NCBI RefSeq assembly: GCF_009834535.1
Contig: NC_045697.1
Span: 7,814,001-7,878,000, forward strand
From: Camelus ferus
Taxonomy: Eukaryota
Reading direction: 5' to 3'
Length of the DNA stretch: 64,000 nucleotides
Position 1 is the first letter of the stretch; the number at the start of each line of letters is the position of its first letter. The notes beneath the pieces were generated by a model. That model saw only the letters and a list, made by a program, of their open reading frames with translations. It searched no databases and was not told the origin of the DNA. A program made the translations under genes and the position numbers. This document shows, piece by piece, positions 26,027 to 37,645 of the stretch.

Positions 26027-26145
26027 TTTTTATTTTAATTTAATTTTATTGAGTTATAGTCAGTTTACAATGTTGTGTCAATTTCCAGTGCAGAGCACAA
26101 CTTTTCAGTTATACATGAACACACATATATGTATTGTCGCATTCT
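26027..26145 (-). mobile_element. Young L1 3' end (..GACTATAACTCAATAAAA subfamily)
   Basis: TTTTATTGAGTTATAGTCAGTTTACAATGTTGTGTCAATTTCCAGTGCAGAGCACAAC..ATACATGAAC. Confidence 0.88.
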
Positions 26146-26275
26146 GAAAAAATTTTATCTCAGAGCTGCAAAGTGGAAGACTATAGGGAGCATCTGATTT
26201 TTCAGATACATACTAATTAGCTCAGCCAGGTTTTGAAAATGTATTTAGTTCCAACGTTTAAATACCTGAAATGTA

Positions 26276-26379
26276 CAATTTTGAAATCCCGTCTATCCCT
26301 TCCAACATTGTAAAATGATTATAAATCAATAAAAAATGTTTAAAAAATAAAAATAAAAAATAAACCATTATTAAATAAA
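26276..26379 (+). mobile_element. Ultra-short 5'-inverted L1 insertion
   Basis: 17-bp TSD TAAATACCTGAAATGTA (26259-26275 and 26380-26396); inverted L1 3'UTR piece at 26276-26303; sense L1 terminus AACATTGTAAAATGATTATAAATCAATAAAAAATG plus A-tail. Confidence 0.88.
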
Positions 26380-27849
26380 TAAATACCTGAAATGTATATG
26401 AATTTAAGTTAATATTACACAAATATCTTGAAAAATATCTGAGATCTTGCAATATTGGCCCACAGCCCACAAAAACATAATTGGCTGAGGCTGAGTTCTG
26501 GCTGACCCAGAGGGTATGTACGCATCTCCCACTGCCTCTCTGTCCTTCCCACTCCCTTTGCAGCAACTTCCCTGAGTCACTCGTTTGCCCGATCTGCCTT
26601 GTCTCCGTGGGCGTTTGTCAGGAGCGTGCCTTGCCTCTGGCTTCCATACACACAGACCACCTAGAATCTCATGGCTGCCACTCTGACTTTCAGTACTATT
26701 TGCAGTTTGCAGATGTCTGCTGCTGTATCCCACCTAGCGGTCTGGGAATTACTTTGATAAAATATGATCTGAAATACAATTAAGAACAAACTAAGCTTCT
26801 TGACATCCTTCAGGAGGCTCACTGTGTCTCTCATCCGGGTCGTCAGCTCCTCTGAATACTTTTCCTGTCCTTGATCACCTCCTTTTATTATCACCCTCAC
26901 AGGCTAGTGTAAAATCTCCACACCCTGAGGTTCCTTCTCCATTCTCTTCTTACCCACCATCAGGGCATGAGCCTGCTGTCTACTTTGCAGAAGAAGAAAA
27001 ATCCTACCACTGCACAGACAAAATTATGAAATTACAGAAGTGTGCCAGGTGCTGCAATGATCACTATGCTGATCCCGGGTTTTATTAAATTATTTGACAG
27101 GCAGATAGGTAATCCCTTCCTGTTTCTCTCCCTCAACTATACCCCTTTTAAAATCTGGACATTCAAACAAAGAGGTTGATCCTCAAATGCAGAGAAGTCA
27201 ATCATTTATTTGTCAAAGTTATTTGGACAGCAGTTCCTCCCTGTCAAAATTCTAAATGTAGACTGGAGTATTCAACAATTATTCAATATCCAGTATAAAT
27301 AAAGTATTATTTGAGCCAAATTCATAAGTGATATCTTACCCAACCCTCAAAAAAGCCCACCTGAACCTTTTCTGACATCTTCCCTAGCACTTATGTTAGT
27401 AATGACCTTTACTCTAGCTTCCCACTTAATGATAAACTTTGACGTGTAGTAAGTCCTCAGTAACTACTTGTCCAGAAAATTAATTATTGTCAATAGGATT
27501 ACCATATAATCATGTCATACTCAATATCAAGGAAGTTCATCATCAATAACCATGTAGGGATTCTGTGTCTTTTCTTCAGATCTCACACATCCATTCCCCA
27601 GTTCCTGGAAGTTTTGGCGGCCAGTAACACACAGATGCATCTCTGACTTCTCCTATCACATAGTCCGCCACCTCAAAGTTCCTGGGCAAATACAGTTGCA
27701 GTTGACTTCTTGTGTGGACATGTAGTTGAGGTGCCAAGTTAGAAATGGGCTATCATGTATAAAGATAGATCATGCACCCTAAATCAATAACTGTTATGTG
27801 GTTCTTTGATAGACAGAATGCGTCTGCTCAGTTCCTAAAAGTGGAAGTA

Positions 27850-28545
27850 GAAGTGACTTCACTGACTGTCACTCACCATTCACCTAATCAGAGAATGTAC
27901 ATTGCCTGTAATCCCAGACTTGGAATCTGTAAGCTTAGAGAGCTTGGTTCATACAAGTGAAACGTGTTCACCTGGTAACAGTGTGGGAGCCCCATTGAAC
28001 CTTAAGCCATGGCTGTCATTGGATCCTATCCGGCTCCTCATGCCAAGAGGCAAATATGCAAGGACAGGAACCATCACACTGGCAGGGCTAATGGACCCCA
28101 GTTATGAAGATATTGACTTTCTCCTACATCCTGGGAAAGAAAAGAATATATTTGGCACTCAAGATATAAACTGGAGTGTCCTTTGGTGTTCTTATGACCA
28201 GTTTTAACAATAAATGGACAAATACATCAGCCAAGGTATGAAATAGGCATGAGATCCAAGAACTCAGCCCTCTCAAGGATAAAGCTCTAAGTTGCCTCAC
28301 CAGGTAAGTCTCCCAGAGCAACAGAGGTCCTCATTCAGTTGGTAGAATATATGGCAGAGGAAACAAAAGTATGAGTATCCATTACAGCCTTGAGGTTGAC
28401 TTTGGCAACAAGACCTGTAGTTTGTCCTATTATCTCTACACTTAGAAGTTTCCGAGGAAAGGCTACCAATCGGAATCCAGAAGAAGCTATTTATGTATGA
28501 GGTGAATTTACTATAAGAAGCAAATGAATATGAGTGCTGTAATGC
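27850..28545 (+). mobile_element. ERVL internal-region remnant (ERV3-16A3_I/ERVL-E-like), dUTPase region to 3' end
   Basis: Translation matches the recalled ERVL pol 3' part; downstream ..CACCAGGTAAGTCTCCCAGAGCAACAGAGGTCCT.. corresponds to PPGKKPRPAEVL. Confidence 0.8.
27902..28207 (+). pseudogene. Degenerate ERVL dUTPase
   Basis: PGNSVGAPLNLKPWL..LLMPRGKYARTGTITLAGLMDPSYEDIDFLLHPG aligns by eye to ERVL PPGDTTTIPLNWKLRL..GLLLPLSQQAKKGVTVLAGVIDPDYQDEISLLLHNG. Confidence 0.8.
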
Positions 28546-28728
28546 CTAAGTATGCCTAGCTCTAGAGAAAAATAATTTTGGTAGAGAGTCAAGGGCTGAA
28601 ATCATTGTGATAACACCTGAGTTTTGTTTAAGATTGTGTAGGAAACAAAGGAGCAGCGTAATGATCATCTTACAGGTCTCCAGGTTTCTTGATGTCCTGC
28701 AATTCCAAACTGAGTGTTTATTTCTCCA

Positions 28729-28942
28729 GATTTGCAGATACACACTACAATATATAAAATAGATAAACAAATAGTTTCTACTGTAGAGCACAGGAAACTA
28801 TATTCAGTATCTTGTAGTAACCTGTAATGAAAAAGAATATGAAAATGAATATATGTATGTATATGTATGACTGAATTATTATGCTGTACACCAGAAATTG
28901 ACATAACATTGTAAACTAACTATACTTCATTAAAAAAAAAAG
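28729..28942 (+). mobile_element. Young L1 3' end (camelid-type)
   Basis: AGATTTGCAGATACACACTAC..ATAAAATAGATAAAC..GCACAGGAAACTATATTCAGTATCTTGTAGTAACC..CCAGAAATTGACATAACATTGTAAACTAACTATACTTC plus A-tail. Confidence 0.92.
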
Positions 28943-30049
28943 AACTAAATAATGAGCCTTGCCTAACCTGCAAAAAGTCATGACTCCTTAAAATTTTGGC
29001 ATTTTCCAAATGTGCTTTTCCTCAATTTCCTCATCAGTAAAGTGACAAGCTGGATTTAGGCAATGTCTAAGAATCATACCAGTACTAGGATTCTAGAATT
29101 CTATTCAAATCGCCAAGAACTCGAAGTTGCTCTGAGATGTGAAGAAGAAAATAGGTGACGCATGTTTCTGCATGCCTCCTCAAATCAGCTTTTATATTGG
29201 TTGCTATACATTCGATGTATTACAGTGGAAAATCCAGAAGAATCTCTGAATCCCTTCATGTTTGCTTCTGAATCATCCAGTAAGATTATTTTGCTAATAA
29301 AACACTTATGATCTGTAATTATTGCAGGTAGATTATTTTCTGTAGTCTTACCACCTTCGCCTCAGCCACTGTCATTTGTAGATCAGTCACTGCACATTTT
29401 TCTCACATTTATTTTTGGATAAATTAAAGATGGAAACAATCTTATATTACTATGAGTGAAAAATGTCAACACATTTTTTCCTGTGGATCTCTAATGTCTA
29501 TGATACAAAAGTGTGATGATTTTTACCATCAAAATGACAGATAGTTGGCGATGAATGGCATTACTGTCATGTCATTTAAAGAAGAAATGGCCCATTTTGT
29601 AAAATTGGAAGAAGAGAATGGTGACCCCCCTGAGGCTCATCACATAGGAATCATTTTCTGTTCAAACTACCATTTATTTTAGATCTTTGCTTCAAATTCA
29701 GGAACATGGAGAAAGTTATAATTGAGAGTAATCCCCCACATAGTAGGTGTAAGTTGGATTGGGTAGGGAGAAACCCGACCTCAGATAGCTCTCCTGCTCC
29801 TGTAGAATCCACCCAGGCACCATGAAAACATCTAATAGAAAGTTGGACATCCCAACCCTACCAAGACAAAGGCTCCAAATTGAGATTTCCCTCCATATAA
29901 TGCCAGCTCTTGCCTGCAGTTGTTTGGGCTCTGACATTTTGTGCTTCGTGGCAGAATTATCACTCCTACTTCCAACCATGACCCTTTACTCAGGCGTGCT
30001 TTGACACTCCAGTGCCCTGGGTCATTACCACTTCCTAAATATTCTTCTT

Positions 30050-30850
30050 ACTTCCTTATTCATTCCACCTCCAGTTATTTTGAAGGTTGAACCACAGGAC
30101 TATAAGCCTAGCTACACTATCTAGATGTGCTTATGTATGAAGCATACTGTCATTTCCTTCCATTGAAGGCCCTGGCTGCTGTCTCCAGAATCTTCCTCCC
30201 TGCCACTAATCTTATCACAATTCAGACTCATCAATATGCAAGTAGGTAACTCATCCATTGCCAGGCTTCTCAATTTCTTTCCCTTTTACAGAAACCTTTT
30301 TCTCCAAGCCTCCAGCCTTCTACTTCTACCATCTCACACCCGGATCTTACAACATAAATAAGGTCATTGCTCTCACACCATAATTTCACAGCTCCTCACC
30401 CCACCATTCCATCACAGCAATTCTTCACTTCTCCAAATCCGTTAACTCCAATCATTTCTTTACCATGAATCAATTCCTCCTCTTTTCACTTCCCTCCATA
30501 ACCAGCATACATTCCGTTGTGATTAACCCTTTACAAGTACCTTCAGATGCTTCTCCCTATTCTTCTTTCATAAATTAAAGAGGTTAACCTTCCTCATCCA
30601 AGGATTCTTGCCAGATCAAACTTCCTACATTCTTTTGATCATCTTCAGATAGTACATTTTCAAGGCTCTTTGTTGACTGTGTGATTATAGATACATTTTA
30701 AACCTGTATGAGCTTCGGTTCCTTACACTGAAAAACTGGATATCATACTATTTTTGGTAATTTTATAAAATTAAGAAATTAAATGAGAAGTAAAAACATG
30801 CAAATATACAGGTTAATTTCTGATAAATTTTAAGTACAAAATGTGTTAAG
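30050..30850 (+). mobile_element. L2 fragment (about 30050-30600) followed by MIR (about 30670-30850)
   Basis: C/T-rich L2 ORF-like sequence, then TTTAAACCTGTATGAGCTTCGGTTCCTTACACTGAAAAACTGG MIR core. Confidence 0.45.
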
Positions 30851-30985
30851 ATAATTAAAGTATCAGGCTTCTGTGTTTGTGTGACTTTGTTTCTAGGTTT
30901 TGTTTATCTTTTCTTCTGTTTTTGTTTTATTCCTCATTCTTTTCATTTTTCCCTGGAATATTAAGCCTTGAGTCATATTGCAGAG

Positions 30986-31451
30986 TGTGCTGGTTAATTT
31001 TATGTTTCAACTTGTCTAAACTATGGCGCTTAGTTGTTTGGCAAAACACCAGTCTAAATGCTGCTATGAAGTTTTTTTGTTTTTTTGTTTTTATTTTTGT
31101 TTTTGGATGTGACTAACATTTAAATCAGTGGATTTTAAGTAAAACACTTCTGGTGGGTGGGCCTCATCCAATCAGTTGAAGACCTTAAGAACAAAGACTG
31201 AGGCTTCCTAAAGAAGAATTTCTGCCTCAATAAGACTAAAAGAGAGACACCCTGCTTGAGTTTTCATCCTGCTGGTCTTCCCTATGATTTTGGGATTTAC
31301 CCACACCCACAATTGCATGAGTTAATTTATTAAACTCTCTCTCTCTCTCCCTCTCTCTTGCTCTCTCTCTGTCTCTCCATATCTATCTTTATCCAAATCT
31401 CTATATGTATATTCTGTTGGTTATATTCTCTGGAGAACCTTGACTAGTACA
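30986..31451 (+). mobile_element. MLT2 (MLT2C/D-like) ERVL solo LTR
   Basis: TGTGCTGGTTAATTTTATGTTTCAACTTG.. start, GTGGGTGGGCCTCATCCAATCAGTTGAAGACCTTAAGAACAAAGACTGAGG, (CT)n tract, ..CTCTGGAGAACCTTGACTAGTACA end. Confidence 0.92.
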
Positions 31452-32964
31452 CAAGAGCAAAATGTACACCAGGACTTGAGTGAGAGCCAGTCTTGCCTGG
31501 TTGCTAGCCCTGGTCTAAGAAGCACAACACAGTCCAGAGTTACTCTGATGGTGGAGCAAAGGTCTTTGATATTCTCAGGTTGGCAGTGAGACAGCTTACA
31601 GTAAGTGAACTGAGCTATGAAAATCTTAGAAACATAAGGATAAGAAAAAAGAAGAAAGAATCAACAAAAAGGTGAGTATTAAGATGCATAATTTGGCAAA
31701 GGAAAGATATATTATGATTACAAAATACTTGAGTAGTAGAGGTGCTTAGAATTATTGGCAAAAATATCCATGAAAAAATGGGACTCAGTGTGGCCAGAGT
31801 TGTATACTCCATCAGGCATTCAGTCTGCCTTTACTTAAGACAGCACCAAACTTTCCAAAGGTCTAATTAGTTTGAAATTTAGGGACAGGGCCAAAAATTA
31901 TATTTTGCAGCCCATTGTCACATCTTGCCTATTGGTTTCCTATAATAGCTTGTTAAAAATTGCATTACACTCTTTAATCTGCTAATTTCAGGGTCAAGTT
32001 TATAGGTATATTTTATCTAAGAAAAATTCCATTTCTATTACAGCAAGAAAAGAATAAAAATTTAATTAAAGTCTCAGAAGTTTTTATGTAACTTTCAGAC
32101 AGATGATATTATACTGTTTTAAGCAATAATAAGGCAGATGATTTTGGGTTCTGAATTTAGGGAACTGTGAAGACAATTAATAGCATATGCAAAAAAAAGA
32201 AGTATTCTCAGAGAGAAAGCTGTCTAATATTTAAAATAAAGAAACTGTCTCAATTGTCCTTGAATTAAGATATTTTTCTACTGAGCAGTGGATACAACTG
32301 GGTTTAGAAATAAGAAATATTTTCAGGAAATAGCAAAACAAAATGTTAAAACATTAAATATACATAAATGTGATAGAACTTCACTTCTAAGTGTATTTAC
32401 ATGTTATTGTATTACAGCTGAACATTTATATTGAAATCTTTTCTCTCAAACTTCATTACCAAAAATTGCTGTTCTGCCTATTTTCTAGAATTGCTGTGAG
32501 AATAAAATGAGATGGAGATGTGAAGACATTATGTCAGTTATAAAGTTGGGATGATGGCAGTGAATAAAAGAGGGAAAAGAAAATATGGAAAGATAAATGG
32601 ATCCCAATAAACATTTTAAAGAAGACAGCAGCAGCAAATTTACAGGATAGAAATGGTAAAATGCACTTGAACGTATGGGAGAGAATATAGAGGGAACGTG
32701 TTACTCATATTCAGTGCAGAAGAGTCTAAGTTCATGCAGCCATGCTGAAGTTCACGTGATTACAGCAAGGCTTTTATTTTGATCCAGTAATTCTCTCTCT
32801 TGGTACCTACCTAGGGATACAGTTACATCTCTGCAGAAAGAGTCATATGCAGAGGTATCCATTTTGGTATGTTGGTAAATATGTAAAAACTGGAGACAAT
32901 GTAAGATTCTGTTAATAAAGAAGTAACTAAATAAACTGTCTTCTATCAAGAGTACATAAGCTTG

Positions 32965-33026
32965 ATAGCCAAAACATGGAAACAACTTAAATGTCGGCAA
33001 ATGATTAGATAAAGAAGCTGTGGTAT

Positions 33027-33070
<44 letters not shown>

Positions 33071-33590
33071 GCACACACACACACATTTACTTATACAGAC
33101 AATGGAATACTACTCAGCCACACAAAAATAATAAAATAATGCCATTTGTAGCAACATGGATGGACCTGGAAATCATCATACTTAAGTGAAGTAAGCCAGA
33201 AAAAGAAAGAAAAATACCCTATGATATCATATGTGGAATCGTAAAAAAAAGAAAAAAAATGACCCCGGTAAACTTACTTACAAAACAAAAACAGACTCAC
33301 AGACATAGAAAACAAATTTATGGTTTTGGGGGGGAAAGGAAATGGGAAGGGATAAATTGGGAATTTGAGATGAGTAGATACTAACTATTACATATAAAAT
33401 AGATAAACAACAAGTTTCTACTGTATAGCACAGGGAACTATATTCACCATCTTGTAGTAACCTATAACGAAAAAGAATGTGAAAAGGAATATATGTATGT
33501 ACGTGTATGACTGAAACATTATGGTGTACATCAGAAATCTATACAACATTGTAAATGGACTATACTTCAATAAAAATAAAACAAAAAAAT
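32965..33590 (+). mobile_element. Young L1 3' end (~620 bp, ORF2 tail plus 3'UTR) with internal (CA)n
   Basis: ATAGCCAAAACATGGAAACAAC..AATGGAATACTACTCAGCC..ATGCCATTTGTAGCAACATGGATGGACCTGG..CTGTATAGCACAGGGAACTATATTC..CTATACTTCAATAAAA. Confidence 0.93.
33027..33084 (+). repeat. (CA)n microsatellite
   Basis: Directly visible. Confidence 0.95.
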
Positions 33591-33989
33591 ACAGTATCTG
33601 AAGAGTCATCTTTTCTTAGTGACAGTGTTTTAATTAAAAACAAAACAAAACAAAAAAAAAAAACCCCAAGAGAACCTACTAAATGTGTTTCCCATATTGG
33701 GTAAAGTAATGAGAATTAAATGTACCCAGAATTACTTCACTCATTTTCTTTCTTCTGTTTTTGTCTTTCCTTCTTGTTAACCACTTGTGAAAAACTCAGA
33801 AATTGTACAATAAAGATTCATTTATTTTGATTAAAGAAAGAGTATGTAAGTATGGAATAAAGCAGCACACTTAATATGATGAGGTGGGTCTACGTACACA
33901 GACATAAGTAAACTCCTACAAATACTTCCGAGAAAAACAACAGAAAAACAACAACAGAAAACACAAATCCGACCTAATATGATTCAGAA

Positions 33990-35200
33990 GATAACAATTT
34001 GGAATGGAGTACAGCCCTGACCTCAACCACATTCAAAAAGCTTGTAGAAGAAAAGACAGGAAAATATCTCCATGGTACTGCAAAGGACAAGGATTTGGAA
34101 GCAAATCACAAAGAGCACTAAATGTAAAATTAATGCATTCCAACTAAATGCAAAAAAGAATGTTATGTTAAACTTCATGAAAATTATAAATTTTTTTTGG
34201 AAATATAAAAAATGAAAAGACCAGACTTGAAAAATGTTCTCAACACATATATTTTCCCTCAAGCCATCAATAAAAATACAAACAATTATAACAAAGAATT
34301 TGACTCTATTTTTGATGTTTGACTGCTGAAAGTCTAAAATCCTCCTCTACTCTTTTCCTCCCCTGCTGCCCCACAACTGGACATGCTGATGAGAAAGCCC
34401 AGGTCCTCCTGCCCTTGGTGCTTGCAGGTAATTCAAACTGTGCAAGGAAACCATGACTCCAGCCATAGCCTCCAACCACCATGAAACCCCACGCCAGCCT
34501 CCTTACCTTGCTCTCTCAAGCCATTTTAGACCTTGCTCTGTCCTTCCAAGAGAGCCTCCTTTTGTCATGCGTGGCAGTACTGATCTGAAAATCCAAACCA
34601 CATTTGATGTCTAGGGATCTATCCTCAACTATATCGTACTGATGGGGGAAAGTGACAAAATATTGAAACTTCTCAAAAGAGTAACACATGTAAAGGTTTT
34701 AAATATCTTGAGTCATCAGGGAAACATCAACTTAAAGCCACTATAAAAGGACTACATACCCACCTGAAGGGCTGAAATTTGAAAAGATCAATAATAGCCA
34801 ATGTTGAGAAGGAGGTAGAACAGCTATAATTCTCATACAAAGCTGGTCAGAGTCAAAATGTTATAACCACTTTGGGAATCTATTTGGCAATTTCTTATAA
34901 AGTTTTCCAAAGATCTGTCCTATGACCCAGAAATTTCACTGTTAGGTATTTACACAAAAGAAGATCAAAAAATATGTTTATACAAGAGTACTTTACAGCT
35001 GCTTTATTTATAATAACCCCAAATCAGAAACAACCCCATTGCTCATCTACAGGAAAATAAATTTAAAAATTTTTGTATATTCATATAATTAAATAATATT
35101 CAGCTGTAAATAGAAATAACTCAACACATGCAACAACATAAAGGAATCTCAAAAACATTATGCTAGGAAACTAGACAAAAATAAGACACTGTGTGGAATT
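33990..35200 (+). mobile_element. Old L1 (L1MC/ME-type) ORF2 3' end, interrupted by an LTR
   Basis: AAAAGACAGGAAAATATCTCCATG.., CCACTTTGGGAATCTATTTGGCAATTTCTTATAAAG..CCTATGACCCAGAAATTTCAC..TAGGTATTTAC. Confidence 0.75.
34285..34655 (+). mobile_element. ERV1 MER90-like solo LTR nested in L1
   Basis: TTTGACTCTATTTTTGATGTTTGACTGCTGA..GCCCCACAACTGGACATGCTGATGAGAAAGCCCAGG..CTCTCTCAAGCCATTTT resembles the recalled MER90-group consensus. Confidence 0.6.
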
Positions 35201-35204
35201 TATG

Positions 35205-36165
35205 GTAAGTCCCTGTGGGGGAATCACAAAGGAGACTGCTGTATTTCTGGAGCAAAGCTATGCTCTATGCTTTGAAGAAAGGCATACTTTTGGATAAACA
35301 GTCCCTGGCATTCTAGTGGGTCCTGGTAGAGACGGAAGGCATGACTCTAGGATACTAAGTGATGATGCATTCAGAACTTTCCATAGGGAACTTTGTCCTA
35401 CCATACCCACCAAGTCAAAATGTGGTGTGTGCTCAGCAGCCATCAATAATAAGATGGAAATAGTATATAAGAACAGACACCAAGCATGGCCAGAGGACAC
35501 ATGCAAGCTTCATGAACATGCTATCATGTTATAGGTCCTCCCGTTACCCTACGTAGCTTCATCAGAACCCTTTTCTCTACTCACATCTACTCAGGGTTCC
35601 TGTATGAAAGCTGATAAAAGAGAAAAAGTCCAAGATTCACTTATACATGAGTCAGTTCACTAAGTAAGTGCCTGCAATGGGCAGAACTCTACTGCATCCA
35701 TACCTGGACTTGGACTCTAAAAACAGTGGAGAGAGGGTGCAGCAAGTGTTCAATTCAACTAGAAGCTATGGTTTCCAGTGGATACTTTGGATTCCTCGTG
35801 TCCAGGGTCCAAGGTAAGAATGGGGGTCATCATCCGTGAATGGCCATGTGCATAAAGCCTAGCCCGAGATGAGTATCGTAACCAAGCACTCAGTCACTTC
35901 CAGGAATGACAGTTTGCATGACAGTACCAAATGACCACTGAGATTAGCAAAGGTGAGAGCTTAGAGCAAGGGGAACGTAGAATGACAGTGAAAGGAGTTG
36001 ATGAATTATCAGTTGCAGCCAAAAATCAACTAAAGAAACTGTACAGGGTTGTACTGTACCCCACTAACTTTTCGAATCTGTCTCCTCTCAGGAGGCAAGG
36101 CCAAAAGGAACATTGAAGGAGCTTCTCCCCAAGTGTTTATGAAGCTGTGGATATAAACAAGGAGT
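35205..36165 (+). mobile_element. ERVL internal remnant (RT connection/RNase H, internal deletion, 3' end)
   Basis: CCTGTGGGGGAATCACAAAGGAGACTGCTGTATTTCTGGAGCAAAGCTATG translates PVGESQRRLLYFWSKAM (cf. ERVL PIGESQRRPLGFWSKAL); also WVLVETE, AQQPSIIRWK, PEDTCKLHE. Confidence 0.85.
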
Positions 36166-36520
36166 GGGCTGCAGCAGACTTGGTACAGCCTATACCTGAA
36201 CAGCTTGTACCGTTTGGATCACCCTCCAAGGTTACAGTCCACTCAGGGTGGTCCCAGGCAATGAGATCAAGACTATGGAGCAATAGTCTATCCTTGTCTG
36301 CCCAACATGGGACTCTTCTAACTGACAATTTTTCTTTGGAATTCTCTGTTGAATTGGCAGATTATCAGAACTGCATCTAAATTTTATGAAATGCAGATCT
36401 GATAATCTTTGCCTAATCTTGCTTTTATCCATTTTCTTTAATAGATGCTAATCTCCAAAAATCTTTTTGCAATTCTAATTGTTTTATTCTCTCTGCACTG
36501 AAATCCCAAATGACACAGAT
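36166..36520 (+). mobile_element. LTR16-like 3' LTR of the ERVL remnant
   Basis: Follows the internal 3' end; CCCAGGCAATGA.., CTTGTCTGCCCAACATGGGACTCTTCTAACTGACAAT; ends CCCAAATGACACA. Confidence 0.7.
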
Positions 36521-36639
36521 TATATCTCTGTAGGTACAGATATCTTAGGACACAAAGGACTGTCTATCTATCATCTATCTATCATCTATCTACTTATCAT
36601 ATGCAAACATATATATGTACACATGCATGTGTATATATT

Positions 36640-37645
36640 TTATTTACCTTCTTACTCTTTAGACTCAATCAAATGTAAAAACTCTGCTCCTCAAAAGTGG
36701 ACAAATGAAAAGGCACATGAAAGATTGATAAAAAGCATTCATAATACATATATCTGCTAAGGAATTCATAGTGGGAATATATAAAGAGCTTCTACAAATC
36801 AATTAAAAAAAAACACAGAAGCAACCCATTTAAAAAACCAGCAAAAATGAAACTTCACAAAAGAAAATATATGAAAGTTAACAAGCACATGAAAACAGGC
36901 TTAACAGCATCAGTCTTCAGGAAATTCCAATTTAAAACTGCAATAAGATATCACTGGATACCCACTGGAATGGCTAAAATTAAAAAGCCAAAAAGCGCCA
37001 AATGCAGTGCGGATGTGGAGTAACTGGAATTTCATATATTGCTGATAAGAGTTAGAATGTCATCCAGTTTTGGAAAATGGTTTGAAGGTTTCTTATAACA
37101 TCTAAACTCCAATCTATCATTTTTAACTCCACACTACATATGCCTCCACCAAAAAAAAAAGTACAAACATATATCTTAGATGAGACTTAAAGATGTTCAC
37201 GGAAATATTAGGCACAAGTGGCCTAAAGTGAAAACAAAATAAATTTAAATCACTGAGAGAACACATAAATTATAATATATTCATACAATGATATATTACT
37301 CAGCAAATACAGAATAAACCATTGAAAAAGGCAACAAAATTAATTATTTGCAAAATATTATATTTAATTTGCAAAAGCCAAGCACAAAAGAATATATACT
37401 CCTGATTACATTTGTATGGAATTCAGGAGTAGGCTAAACTTACCTATGGTGATGGACATCAGGACAATAATTGCCTTGGGGCACAGGATCACGTGGAAAG
37501 GAATATTAAGGAAACTTCTGGGGTATAAATATGTCTTTACTTTAATTGAGGTGGTTGTTACATGGACATACACATTTGTCAGCACTCATCAAACTGTATG
37601 CATAAGATCCATGTGTTTTCTTACATGCAAATTATACCTCACACA
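36640..37645 (+). mobile_element. Old L1 (L1MC/MD/ME-type) 3' end
   Basis: GAATATATAAAGAGCTTCTACAAATCAAT.., ACCCACTGGAATGGCTAAAATTAAAAAG, ..ACACATTTGTCAGCACTCATCAAACTGTATGC..TGCAAATTATACCTCA. Confidence 0.85.

Noticed and set aside
32752..33084. 110-aa ORF beginning with a CV repeat
   Set aside because: (TG)n microsatellite plus antisense L1 sequence.
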